Positions 8,807-18,664 are shown, numbered from the stretch's first letter. The stretch: DNA of 32,000 nucleotides from an uncultured archaeon (GCA_963704435.1 OY969902.1:600001-632000); one strand, 5' to 3'. Program-made: numbers and translations. The notes: generated by a model not told the origin, from the sequence alone.

Positions 8807-9407
8807 CCATTATCTGGCCATTATTGACCATCATCGCAATTCCCCTTTTAATATCCATGAGGCACTTCTTAGGAAGTTCCGCTTCGGTAACGTCGCAGCC
8901 ATCCGCTCTGCATAGCTTATTAAAAAGTTTTTTGAGATGTGTGCGCGCCAGCGCTTCAGACTCGCCGAATGTGATTCCATCCAGTGGCATACGAAGGTAT
9001 TCATCGCACAGTCTGCTTAGCGGTGTTTTTATCCGCCTCTCCAGGTCTCTCCGGTTATGGAGCCCTATCAGAACCGTATAAAAATGGGGCCCATATATCG
9101 AATAGAAGCGCCTGTGGCGAGCGACATCCTCCTCCTTCGTGCGCTTTTTAGTGTCGTAAAATTCATGGGCTTCGATGATCGCTGGTGTCTCTGGGACTAG
9201 GACAAGGGCATCAATGACGCGAAGGATGTGCCCTTTCCGCGAAAATGGGACGTCGGAATAGCTCCTGAATGGGTATTCGCGCAGCACATTGTTGATTGCG
9301 ATTTCCCGAAGCCTCCCCGCGCTGCTGTTTTGGCGTCTCGAAGAATCGGTGTCCTCTTTTAGCCTTAGCATCTCAAGGCTAACCTCCGAGACCCCACATG
9401 TCCTCAA
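8697..9407 (-). CDS. Conserved-looking hypothetical protein (start uncertain; may begin downstream of 9407)
   Basis: Long ORF filling the gap upstream of the TatD gene; no family recognised. The 3' end overlaps the TatD start by ~100 nt. Confidence 0.6.
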   Translation of the reverse strand: MRTCGVSEVSLEMLRLKEDTDSSRRQNSSAGRLREIAINNVLREYPFRSYSDVPFSRKGHILRVIDALVLVPETPAIIEAHEFYDTKKRTKEEDVARHRRFYSIYGPHFYTVLIGLHNRRDLERRIKTPLSRLCDEYLRMPLDGITFGESEALARTHLKKLFNKLCRADGCDVTEAELPKKCLMDIKRGIAMMVNNGQIMVDDNAAANAVAENPSAQDFTRALRCALPPESFSQAA

Positions 9408-9511
9408 CGGCGCGTGCTTTTGCGTTTTCCCTACCTGCTTTCGAAGTTACCTCCGCGTCTTTTTATACCTTATGAGCGCAATCATTACTGAAACTCAAAT
9501 GGTAGAGCATT

Positions 9512-10558
9512 ATGGCCGCGGCTGACAAACGAAGAAGGGAAATGGTTTTGACTTACGCTTCGGCCGCGATTAGCATAATCGCGCTGGTCGTGGCGTCTGC
9601 AGCGTTACTGATTCCGCACACGAAGACCATAACTATCTATAACAACGGCACGTCGAACGCCTCTGTGCTGACCGGATACAACATAAGTAGCAGCCTTATA
9701 GCACCACCCACGAACTTGAGCGACGCTCCAGTGATAACGCAGGTGCAACCCCCTGGGAAGAGCCTCACAGGCATCAACGAGCCGTTGAATTCAAGCGATC
9801 TTAACATAATAAACGACGCGCCCAACTCCTACTTCGAGACTGCAGGGGAGATGCTCATCAACGGGACGCTCAACAATTCGGTCGGCATCTCCACAACACA
9901 TGTTCCACTATTTGTGGTGAACGGCAAGCCTTCGATCATATATGTCGGCTCCATAACCTGCATCTGGTGCGCCGCCAACAGGTGGTCGATGGCGCTGGCC
10001 CTGTCGAGATTCGGGAACTTCACATACCTGTTTCAGGGATACAGCGCGCTGCAAGACAGCGACGCGCCAACCCTGTACTGGGCGCCAGCCCACTACGCGT
10101 CCACGAGCGTCGCGCTAGGCTCGTTCTACAACAGCAAATACATAAACTTCCTTCCGGTGGAGGAGTCTGCGCCAATCACAGGCGGATTCTCCCTGCAGCC
10201 GCTCTCGGTGATACAGCAGGACGTGAATCAGACTGGAAATCTTGCGTATACCGACGAGCTGAAATACATAATCGCGATAAACGACTTCGATGGCACCCCA
10301 TATACGATATGGGGCAATTACGTGGCCGCAGGTGCCGATGCTAGGGCCTTCGGGAACAGCTCGCAGTCGACCAGCCTCCTGAACATGACGCACCAGCAAC
10401 TGCTTCAGCAGCTTTCCCAGCCGAGCAGCCAGCTCGCGTGGACGGAATACGCGGGGGCGGATTACTACGTAGCGCTGATCTGCAAGTCCATATCCAACGC
10501 TGCACCTGTCTGCGGACTTTCTGCGATAAGGAGCATCGAATCGACGCTGAGTTCTTGA
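9512..10558 (+). CDS. DUF929-family, membrane-anchored thioredoxin-fold-like protein
   Basis: N-terminal TM, Asn/Ser/Thr-rich extracytoplasmic region, PSIIYVGSITCIWCAANRWSMALALSRFG (CxxC), WAPAHY. TATA-like ctttttatacc about 50 nt upstream. Confidence 0.82.
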   Translation: MAAADKRRREMVLTYASAAISIIALVVASAALLIPHTKTITIYNNGTSNASVLTGYNISSSLIAPPTNLSDAPVITQVQPPGKSLTGINEPLNSSDLNIINDAPNSYFETAGEMLINGTLNNSVGISTTHVPLFVVNGKPSIIYVGSITCIWCAANRWSMALALSRFGNFTYLFQGYSALQDSDAPTLYWAPAHYASTSVALGSFYNSKYINFLPVEESAPITGGFSLQPLSVIQQDVNQTGNLAYTDELKYIIAINDFDGTPYTIWGNYVAAGADARAFGNSSQSTSLLNMTHQQLLQQLSQPSSQLAWTEYAGADYYVALICKSISNAAPVCGLSAIRSIESTLSS

Positions 10559-10559
10559 T

Positions 10560-11069
10560 ATGAAGCAAAAGGTTAGAGTAAAGGCGGGCAGGATCGGCGC
10601 CGCGAAAGCGGTCATCGCCTCCCCGGCGTGCGTGCTCGTAGCGCTGCTTTCGGCGGTAGCCTATTATCTCCTGTTCTTCGGCACAGTGACCTACGAGAAC
10701 AAGGGCATGTTCCTCGCGACTGTTCCGGGCTACCTCATAGGCACGCTCATATTTACCGGAGCTGCGCTCCTCGCGGTCAGCGCATTCGAGGTGCTCAGGT
10801 CGTTCCGGATCGCCTCGGCCACCTCGAGCGGGGCGATCGGGGTACTCACCTCCTCGTGCGGGTCACTAATAGCGGGATGCGGCTGCTACTCACCGATACT
10901 CTCATCGGCCCTTTACGCGGTCGGGTTCGGGACCATCCAGGTGAGCGAGGTCATTTCCACGCTCGCGGACTACCAGGCCTGGATCATCGTCATTTTTGCA
11001 GCGGTGAACCTGGCGCTCATCTACTATCAGCTGGGCAGGATATCGCGCGGGATGAATCTGAAAAAGTAG
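10560..11069 (+). CDS. Four-TM membrane protein with clustered cysteines (SSCGSLIAGCGCYSPI)
   Basis: Starts 2 nt after the upstream stop; four hydrophobic stretches; CxxxxxxCxC cluster. Confidence 0.75.
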   Translation: MKQKVRVKAGRIGAAKAVIASPACVLVALLSAVAYYLLFFGTVTYENKGMFLATVPGYLIGTLIFTGAALLAVSAFEVLRSFRIASATSSGAIGVLTSSCGSLIAGCGCYSPILSSALYAVGFGTIQVSEVISTLADYQAWIIVIFAAVNLALIYYQLGRISRGMNLKK

Positions 11070-11079
11070 GGGAGATGGC

Positions 11080-12084
11080 ATGGCTAAAAAAGCGGCAGGG
11101 CGCTCAAGGAAATGGCAGAAGCCGGGCCTCAGGGAGAACATCGCGAAGAGCTCCGCGGCCCCCGCCAAAAACGTGGACACCGCACTCATAAGGAAGATGA
11201 TGAGCTCGGAGTGCAGCGAAAGTAGGCACCTGCTTGTCCCGGACCTGATCTATAAGCTGTCGGACGAGCTCTGCCAACTGGCCTACGGTTCCGGGTTCGA
11301 TCTCGGAGTCGAGGCATACGAGGATTCAGACAGGACGCTCGACGCCCTGGCTAGGCTGCTCGCGAACGCGGGTCTCGGCCGGACGACCTTCCAGATGTCC
11401 GAGTACCGCGGCATAGTCACTTCCTACGGAGTAAAGCCCAACGCCGCGGACCTTGGGACGAACATGCACGACTTCGAGGCGGGAGTCATAGCCGGCTATC
11501 TCTCGGCGCACTCGCGTAGGCGCATAGCGGTCACGGAAACCAAGTGCGCGTGCAACGGCTCGGGGTTCTGCCAGTTCGTGGCGTCGCCTTCCGAGCGCGC
11601 GGCGGAGCGCACCGGGAAGCCGCTTGCGCTGGAAGATCTGGTGAGGCTGGCGGACCGGAGCATGCGGTCCTACGACGGTCCCGCGACCAGCAAGCCCTAC
11701 TATTTCCTGCTCAGCAGGCCGCTCACGCTCGAGCCCGTCTTAACCCATGCGTCCCGGCTCGCGTACCTGATCGGGAAGGGACTCGCAGAGTCCGAGCCCC
11801 AGTCCGACTTCGAGCGCGGAGTGATGAGGATATCCAGGCACCTCGGCATAGAGAAGGCGAGGGTCGTTAGCGCGAGGGGGAAGGGCAGGGCCATCGAGCT
11901 CACCTATGGCCATTACTGCTCCACAGGGGGGTTCGTCGACCTGACGACCGCGATGCTGGCCGGCTTCTCCAAGGGGGTGTTTAATAAAAACATTTACGTT
12001 CAAAGAAGGTTAAGCGGCAAGACCAACTATGTGGTGAGGCTATCCCTTCGGGCGGTCCCTGCCAATCGCGAGAGAGTGCAATAA
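11080..12084 (+). CDS. V4R-domain protein (possibly two V4R-like halves)
   Basis: VTETKCACNGSGFCQFVASP matches the C-terminal V4R signature; the second half has YGHYCSTGGFVDLTTAMLAGFSKGVF. Overlaps the secY start. Confidence 0.65.
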   Translation: MAKKAAGRSRKWQKPGLRENIAKSSAAPAKNVDTALIRKMMSSECSESRHLLVPDLIYKLSDELCQLAYGSGFDLGVEAYEDSDRTLDALARLLANAGLGRTTFQMSEYRGIVTSYGVKPNAADLGTNMHDFEAGVIAGYLSAHSRRRIAVTETKCACNGSGFCQFVASPSERAAERTGKPLALEDLVRLADRSMRSYDGPATSKPYYFLLSRPLTLEPVLTHASRLAYLIGKGLAESEPQSDFERGVMRISRHLGIEKARVVSARGKGRAIELTYGHYCSTGGFVDLTTAMLAGFSKGVFNKNIYVQRRLSGKTNYVVRLSLRAVPANRERVQ

Positions 12085-13553
12085 TGGACCTTAGCGTTCT
12101 GGACCCAATCCTGAATCTTATCCCTAGCGTTAAGAAGCCCGCGGCTCCCCTGTCGTTCAGGCAGAAGTTGAAGTGGACCGTGCTGATAATGGGGGTGTAT
12201 TTCCTCATGTTCAGCACGCCGGCTGTCGGGGTCAGCATCTCCACGCTCAACCAGCCGCTCATGCAGCTCGTGAGCGTGATATTCGCGGCTAGGATAGGCA
12301 GCCTCATAACCGTCGGGATAGGGCCGATAGTGCTAGCCAGCATACTCCTCCAGCTGATAATGGGCACCGGCATAATAAACGTCGACCTCAGCAGCCCAGA
12401 GCAGAAATCTAGGTTCCAGAGCATACAGAAGCTGGCGGCAATGGCGATCGCGATCGTGGAGGCGTACATCTTCATACTTACGGGATACGTCCCGATAGCG
12501 TCGCCCTCGTTCTTCTGGATAGTCTTCGTGCAGCTCGCGATGAGCGCGGTGTTCATAATCTTCCTTGACGAGGCGATGACGAAGTTCGGCATAACCTCCG
12601 GAATCAACCTCTTCATCGCTGGCGGGGTGGCCTATTCCATAGTAGCAGGCACCTCCACCATACTCCTCAACGAGGCGGTCCAGGCCATATCCGCCGGAGG
12701 GGCCACAGCGATACCGAACGCCATACTCGCCTTCGGCCCGCTATTCTTCGCGATAGTGGTCTTCCTCATCAGCATATACATATACGACGTAAAGGTCGAG
12801 CTGCCCCTGGTCTTCAGCCAGCTCAGGGGCATAGGGGGCAGGCTGCCCATACCCTTCCTCTACGTCAGCGTCCTTCCGGTGATACTCGCCACGTCGTTCG
12901 AGCTCAGCCTCACCGTGTGGATGAGAGTGATCGCAGGGGTCACTGGGCCCCTGGCCAACCTCGCCAAGTTCTTCGCGCTGTACCAGGCGGTGCCGACGGG
13001 GACAGGAACATCGTCGCTCAACCTGGTGGGAGGCCTCATCTACCTGATATCCCCGCAGTTCCCCGAGCCGTACTCCGTGACCTACGGGGGCGTCGGAGGC
13101 TACGGCGCATATTTCACCTACCTGACCACCCACGCCAGCCAGCTCTACCTGCCTCTGGGCGGGGTCATAATGGTGCCCGAAGTCATACACATACTGATCT
13201 ACACGCTCATACTGGTCGTGCTGGCAGTGCTCTTCGGCAGGTTCTGGATAGAGATGACCGGGCAGAGCCCCAAGAACGTGGCAGAGCAGCTAGGCGACTA
13301 CGGATGGCAGATCCCTGGGTTCAGGAGGGACCCGCGCGTCGTGGAGGGCGTGCTGAACAAGTACATACCCACGATAACCGTACTGGGAAGCATATTCGTC
13401 GCGCTGCTCGCGGCGATGGCCACGCTGACCGGGGCGGTGGGCACGGGAATGGGCATACTCCTCACAGTGGGAATAATGTATTCGGTGTACCAGCAGCTCG
13501 AGCAGGAGCACGCCATAGAGGCGTATCCCGCGCTCAACAAGCTGCTGTCCTGA
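12084..13553 (+). CDS. secY: Preprotein translocase subunit SecY
   Basis: Ten-TM protein; GVGISVSTLNQP-like N-terminal region, YTVAGTSTILLNEA, GGRLPIPFLYVSVLPVIL, YQQLEQEHAIEAYPAL C-terminus. Confidence 0.93.
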   Translation: MDLSVLDPILNLIPSVKKPAAPLSFRQKLKWTVLIMGVYFLMFSTPAVGVSISTLNQPLMQLVSVIFAARIGSLITVGIGPIVLASILLQLIMGTGIINVDLSSPEQKSRFQSIQKLAAMAIAIVEAYIFILTGYVPIASPSFFWIVFVQLAMSAVFIIFLDEAMTKFGITSGINLFIAGGVAYSIVAGTSTILLNEAVQAISAGGATAIPNAILAFGPLFFAIVVFLISIYIYDVKVELPLVFSQLRGIGGRLPIPFLYVSVLPVILATSFELSLTVWMRVIAGVTGPLANLAKFFALYQAVPTGTGTSSLNLVGGLIYLISPQFPEPYSVTYGGVGGYGAYFTYLTTHASQLYLPLGGVIMVPEVIHILIYTLILVVLAVLFGRFWIEMTGQSPKNVAEQLGDYGWQIPGFRRDPRVVEGVLNKYIPTITVLGSIFVALLAAMATLTGAVGTGMGILLTVGIMYSVYQQLEQEHAIEAYPALNKLLS

Positions 13554-13580
13554 GCGCAAGCGGGGTTTCCCGCCTCGCGC
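13554..13580. terminator. GC-rich hairpin after secY (GCGC..GCGGG-GTTT-CCCGC..GCGC); possible terminator or UTR structure
   Basis: Direct reading; no strong T-run follows, so terminator function is weakly supported. Confidence 0.3.
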
Positions 13581-13668
13581 CAGTTCCGTGTAAGCGCAGC
13601 CAATCGGAATCGCCAAACCTTAAATAAGATTCACTGGGAAAACTAATTGCAGCTTCGGGGAAGCCGCG

Positions 13669-15183
13669 GTGCTTTTTGTGACGGATGACCGCTTGGTAGA
13701 GCTCGCCAACAGGCTGAGCGGGAAGGTAATCCTCAGTTCCGAGATAACGGGCGGGGACTTGGCTGGGATCGACATCGAATCCCTCATCGCGCACGTGGTT
13801 GAGCGCTTCGAGAGCAAGGGCGCCATCGGGGTGCTGAACAGGGACGAGCTCAAGACGATAATAGGGAGCCTGAGCGAGAGGAAGGAGCCCGTGCAGGTGG
13901 AGGTCATAAGGTCCAGCGACTTCAAGCCCGCGGCAAAGGAAGTGTCCGCAAGGTTCACCGCCAGGAGCGCGAAGATAGAGAGGACGAACTCGTCCGTGAG
14001 CGACTTCGTCGACTACTTCAGGGACCGGTTCGACAAGATGAAGGGCATAATGAAGGGATACGGAAACGGCTACGGCGGGACCGTCGGGATAGGTTCCGTC
14101 AAGCAGTATATCAGCGGGAGGGAAATGGGAATCATAGGGCTGGTCTACGACAAGATAGTCACTAGGAACGGCCACATAATGCTGACGCTGGAGGACGAGG
14201 GCGGCACGGCGAAGGTGCTGGTCTACAAGCCGCAGAGCAAAGGGAGGGATCCGTCGAACGAGCTCTTCGATTCAGCGTCGAAGGTCGTGAAGGATGACAT
14301 AATATATGTCAGGGGCAAGGTATCGGGTCCGTTCTTCATAGCGAACAAGCTCGCATGGCCCGAGGTCCCTATCCGTGTCAGGAAGAGGTGCGAGGACGAC
14401 ATAGCGATAGCCCTGCTCTCGGACATACACGTCGGAAACAAGCTTTTCCTGGAGAAGCAGTTCGGGAAGTTCCTCGAATGGCTGAACGGGGGGGTCGACA
14501 GCAGGAAGGACCTGGCGGGCAAGATAAAGTACCTCGTCATAGCGGGGGACCTGGTCGACGGGGTGGGCGTGTACCCCGAGCAGGACAAGGAGCTGAGCAT
14601 AGACGACATATACAAGCAGTATTCGGTGTTCTTCAACTTCATGGAGAGCGTACCCGACTACATAGAGGTATTCGTGATGCCTGGGAACCACGACGCCGTC
14701 CAGAGGGCGGAGCCGCAGCCGCAAATAGGGAAGAAGCTGGCCGGGGATTTCGCCAGGGCGAACATCCACTCGGTGGCCAACCCCTGCTACCTCAACCTCC
14801 ACGGGGTGAAGGTGCTCTCTTACCACGGCACCTCCCTGGACTCGATGATACAGAATATCCAGGGGTGCAGCTACTCCAACGCCACCTCCGCGATGAAGGA
14901 GATATTGAAGAGGAGGCACCTCTCGCCCATATACGGGGGAAACGTAGTTACCCCGAGCAAGAGCGACAGCCTGGTGATAGACGAGGTGCCCGATATACTG
15001 CACATGGGCCACATACACAAGAACGGCTACGACGAATATCACGGGACGGCGCTGGTTAACAGCGGTACGTGGCAGGCAAGGACGTCGTTCCAGATAAAGC
15101 AGGGCCACATACCCACTCCGGCGCTGCTCTCAGTGTACGATGCGCGGACCACGAGCCTGCTCCAGGTGGATTTCAACAGTTAG
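13669..15183 (+). CDS. polB: DNA polymerase II (family D) small subunit DP1
   Basis: Calcineurin-like phosphoesterase motifs LLSDIHVGNKLF, VIAGDLVDGVG, VMPGNHDAVQ; OB-fold region; next to DP2. Confidence 0.95.
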   Translation: MLFVTDDRLVELANRLSGKVILSSEITGGDLAGIDIESLIAHVVERFESKGAIGVLNRDELKTIIGSLSERKEPVQVEVIRSSDFKPAAKEVSARFTARSAKIERTNSSVSDFVDYFRDRFDKMKGIMKGYGNGYGGTVGIGSVKQYISGREMGIIGLVYDKIVTRNGHIMLTLEDEGGTAKVLVYKPQSKGRDPSNELFDSASKVVKDDIIYVRGKVSGPFFIANKLAWPEVPIRVRKRCEDDIAIALLSDIHVGNKLFLEKQFGKFLEWLNGGVDSRKDLAGKIKYLVIAGDLVDGVGVYPEQDKELSIDDIYKQYSVFFNFMESVPDYIEVFVMPGNHDAVQRAEPQPQIGKKLAGDFARANIHSVANPCYLNLHGVKVLSYHGTSLDSMIQNIQGCSYSNATSAMKEILKRRHLSPIYGGNVVTPSKSDSLVIDEVPDILHMGHIHKNGYDEYHGTALVNSGTWQARTSFQIKQGHIPTPALLSVYDARTTSLLQVDFNS

Positions 15184-15192
15184 GGTGATGCT

Positions 15193-18100
15193 TTGGACAC
15201 AGAATCTTATTTCAAGGAACTCGAGGAGAAGTTCCAGGAGGCGTACGTGGTGGCCACCAACGCCAGGGCGAGGGGGTACGACCCACGCGACAGCGTGGAG
15301 ATACGCGTGGCACCGGATCTCGCGGGGAAGGTGGAGGGGCTGATGAACGTGAAGGGCCTGGCCGAGCTGATATCGAAGCACCAGGAGGGGAAATCCAGGG
15401 CCGAGCTCGCCTTCGCCATGGTGAAGGAGATCTGCACCAACCACGACTTCGACGGATACGAGGCCTTCGAAAGGATTCTGCTTGCGGTGAGGACAGGCCT
15501 CGCGATATACACCGAGGGCATACTCGTCGCGCCGACGGAAGGGGTCCAAGGGATAGGTCACTTCAGGAACCAGGACAACTCGGACTACATCTCAGTAATC
15601 TACGCGGGCCCAATAAGGAGCGCGGGAGGAACGGCGGTCGCACTGTCCGTCGCGTTCGCGGATCTCGCTAGAAAATACTTCAACATCGGGGAGTACAAGG
15701 TCACTCCCGACGAGACGGAGCGCTACATAGAGGAGGTGGAGCTCTACCACACGAGGGTCGTGGGCCTGCAGTACAAGCCGAGCGCAGAGGAGATCAAGAC
15801 CGTGGTCGGCAACTGCTCGGTGTGCATCGACGGCCTTCCCACGGAGGATATGGAGGTGAGCGTGCACGCCAACCTGTCAAGGACGCAGTACGACGGGAAG
15901 AGCGTCGGCATAACGAACAGGATAAGGGGCGGGGTCCCGCTCGTGCTGAGCAGCGTGGTCATGAAGGCGAAGAAGGTGCTGAAGGAGCTGGGCAAGACTG
16001 AGATCGACTGGAGCTGGCTAAACGGGATTATCGCGGTGAACAAGCAGGATAAGAAGGACGGCGAGAAGGAGAAGGACAGCAAGGCGGCGTTCCTGGACGA
16101 ACTCGTGGCAGGCAGGCCGGTGCTGGCGTACCCCAAGCACATAGGCGGGTTCAGGCTCAGGTATGGCAGGAGCCGGACGACGGGGATAGCCGCCAAGGGG
16201 TTCAGCCCAGCGACCGCAATACTGACCGCGGAATACATAGCCATAGGCACGCAGCTGAAGGTGGAGCTGCCGGGAAAGGGCTGCGTGGCGGCCCCGGTGG
16301 ACACGATAGAAGGCCCGTTCGTGAGACTGAAGTCGGGGGAGGCGCTGAGGGTAGACGATGCGGAGACGGCGCAGGCGCTAAGGGAAGAAGTGGCTGAGAT
16401 AATATCGATGGGCGACATACTGATAACCTACGGCGACTTCAGAAATACGAACACACCGCTGCAGCCCAGCAGCTATGTGGAGGAGTTTTGGGAGGCGCAG
16501 CTCAATGCCGCGGCGAAAGAGCGCCCCGCGGTCGACCACAGAAGGATAAGCTTCAGGGACGCGTACGCGCTGTCGCTCAAGCATGGCATACCGATCCATC
16601 CGAAGTTCCTGTTCGAGTTCCAGGCAGTCAGCAAGGAGGACCTCGCGTCGCTCGCGGCGGCGATAGCGGGCGCCACTGCGTCAGCACCCGCAGGCCTTTT
16701 CGATTTGGACAGGATAGAGCTACCGTCCGGATTGGAGGGGGTCAAGCGCACACTGGAGCTGCTCAACGTCCCGCACAAGGTGATTGACGGGAAGATAGTC
16801 GTCAATGACGGGTTCGCGCAGAGCCTGCTGGCGTCGCTGGGCTTCGTCAGCCGGGACGGGAAGCTGAACACCGAGGACAGCGTCATGGAGAGGTATGCCG
16901 AGGAGTGCGCGGACGCGCTGGCGCTGGTCAACAGGCTCGCGCCATTCAAGGTAGCCAAGAGGTCGACGTTCATCGGAGCGAGGATAGGCAGGCCGGAGAA
17001 GGCCAAGGAGAGGCTGATGAAGCCCTCTCCAAACGTCCTTTTCCCCATAGGCGAATTCGGGGGGAAGGGAAGGAACCTGTCCAATGCCTACGTCTACGAC
17101 GCGAACCGGTTCGGTAGGCAGAGCATAAAGGTCGAGATCGCGAGGTACAAGTGCAGCTCCTGCGGAGTGCCGCTGGACGGGCCGTACTGCTATAACTGCG
17201 GGATCCACGCTTCCATAGAGAGGAAGTGCCCGAAGTGCAATTCAGTGGGAGATGGAAGGAAATGTGCTGTCTGCGGCTCCGAGACGGTGGCCTACGCGGA
17301 GAAGAGCATAGACTTCGCGCGCCTGGTGGCGAGCGCGAACACGAAGCTGGGCGTGTCACACCTTCCCAAACAGGTAAAGGGCGTGCGCGGCCTCATGAAC
17401 CGCGACAAGATCGCCGAGCCCCTGGAGAAGGGGATACTCCGCGCGATGCATGGCGTGTACATATTCAAGGACGGCACGGCAAGGTTCGACGCCACCGATC
17501 AGCCCCTCACGCACTTCTATCCGAAGGAGATGGGCGTCACCGCGGAGCAGCTCAGGGGCCTTGGGTACGACAAGGACGCGAGCGGGGCCGAGCTCGCGAG
17601 CGACGAGCAGCTGGTGGAGCTGAAACACCAGGACGTCATAATGAACAAGCGCGGAGCCGAGTACCTGCTCAACGTGGCCAAGTTTGTGGATGACCTGCTC
17701 CAGAGGCTCTACGGGCTCGAGCCGTACTACAACGCGTTCAGCGCGCAGGACATGTTCGGAAAGCTCGTGCTGACGCTCGCCCCGCACACGTCATGCGCAG
17801 TGCTCAACAGGATAGTCGGCTTCACGGACGCCAACGTGGGCTTCGCGCATCCGTACACCATCGCCGCGAGGAGGAGGAACTGCGACGGGGACGAGGACAC
17901 GACCATGCTGCTGCTCGATGCGCTCATAAACTTTTCCAAGGACTACCTCCCGACGAACATAGGTGGCACGATGGACGAGCCCCTGCTCCTGTCCACAAGG
18001 ATCCGGCCCGAGGAGGTCGACAACGAGGTCCATTCCATGGAGGTGGCCGGATCGTACTCGCTGGAGTTCTACGAGAAGACGATGGCAGGCGCATCGCCTT

Positions 18101-18651
18101 CCGAAGTGCAGGTCGAGCTGGTCGAGAACAGGCTGAACGGGCACGGCGCGTTCAGCGATCTGCGTTTCACACACGAGTCCACGATAGATGCCATAAGGCT
18201 CTCGCCCAAGCGCAGCTATTACACCCAACTGGAGACGATGGACGAGAAGATAGAGGCGGAGTTCAAGCTCATGGACATGCTCAGCTCTATAGACAAGAGG
18301 GACACCGCCAAGCGGCTGATCATGAGCCACTTCATACCCGACCTGATAGGCAACATGCACTCGTTCTCCAAGCAGAGGTTCAGGTGCGTATCCTGCAACG
18401 CTAAGTACAGGCGCGTTCCGCTCGTCGGGAAGTGCACTCGCGACGGAGGAAAGCTCCTGCTCACGATATCCAAGGGCAGCATAGAGAAGTACCTCGACAC
18501 AGCCACCACACTCGCCAATAGGTACGACTTGGACAACTACACCAAGCAGAGGATTGCGCTGATAAAGGACGAGATAGACGCGGTCTTCGGGAGCTTCGCG
18601 CTCAATGCAGAGGAGAACCAGGGCCAATTCAACCTAGTGAAGTTCCTGTAG
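15193..18651 (+). CDS. polC: DNA polymerase II (family D) large subunit DP2
   Basis: 1152 aa; SAGGTAVALSVAFADLARKYF, RRRNCDGDEDTTMLLLDALINFSKDYLP catalytic motif, two zinc-finger-like Cys clusters. TTG start with upstream GGGTGAT. No intein visible. Confidence 0.96.
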   Translation: MDTESYFKELEEKFQEAYVVATNARARGYDPRDSVEIRVAPDLAGKVEGLMNVKGLAELISKHQEGKSRAELAFAMVKEICTNHDFDGYEAFERILLAVRTGLAIYTEGILVAPTEGVQGIGHFRNQDNSDYISVIYAGPIRSAGGTAVALSVAFADLARKYFNIGEYKVTPDETERYIEEVELYHTRVVGLQYKPSAEEIKTVVGNCSVCIDGLPTEDMEVSVHANLSRTQYDGKSVGITNRIRGGVPLVLSSVVMKAKKVLKELGKTEIDWSWLNGIIAVNKQDKKDGEKEKDSKAAFLDELVAGRPVLAYPKHIGGFRLRYGRSRTTGIAAKGFSPATAILTAEYIAIGTQLKVELPGKGCVAAPVDTIEGPFVRLKSGEALRVDDAETAQALREEVAEIISMGDILITYGDFRNTNTPLQPSSYVEEFWEAQLNAAAKERPAVDHRRISFRDAYALSLKHGIPIHPKFLFEFQAVSKEDLASLAAAIAGATASAPAGLFDLDRIELPSGLEGVKRTLELLNVPHKVIDGKIVVNDGFAQSLLASLGFVSRDGKLNTEDSVMERYAEECADALALVNRLAPFKVAKRSTFIGARIGRPEKAKERLMKPSPNVLFPIGEFGGKGRNLSNAYVYDANRFGRQSIKVEIARYKCSSCGVPLDGPYCYNCGIHASIERKCPKCNSVGDGRKCAVCGSETVAYAEKSIDFARLVASANTKLGVSHLPKQVKGVRGLMNRDKIAEPLEKGILRAMHGVYIFKDGTARFDATDQPLTHFYPKEMGVTAEQLRGLGYDKDASGAELASDEQLVELKHQDVIMNKRGAEYLLNVAKFVDDLLQRLYGLEPYYNAFSAQDMFGKLVLTLAPHTSCAVLNRIVGFTDANVGFAHPYTIAARRRNCDGDEDTTMLLLDALINFSKDYLPTNIGGTMDEPLLLSTRIRPEEVDNEVHSMEVAGSYSLEFYEKTMAGASPSEVQVELVENRLNGHGAFSDLRFTHESTIDAIRLSPKRSYYTQLETMDEKIEAEFKLMDMLSSIDKRDTAKRLIMSHFIPDLIGNMHSFSKQRFRCVSCNAKYRRVPLVGKCTRDGGKLLLTISKGSIEKYLDTATTLANRYDLDNYTKQRIALIKDEIDAVFGSFALNAEENQGQFNLVKFL

Positions 18652-18664
18652 GGCCTGGCCGCGG

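Noticed and set aside
14272-18627. Long minus-strand ORFs antisense to DP1/DP2 (e.g. 14272-15108, 15744-16418, 17791-18627)
   Set aside because: Same shadow-ORF effect; DP1 and DP2 motifs are continuous on the plus strand.
15193-18651. Possible intein in DP2 (common in euryarchaeal polC)
   Set aside because: The 1152-aa product is continuous through the catalytic NCDGDEDTTMLLLDALINFSKDYLP region with no intein-sized insertion.
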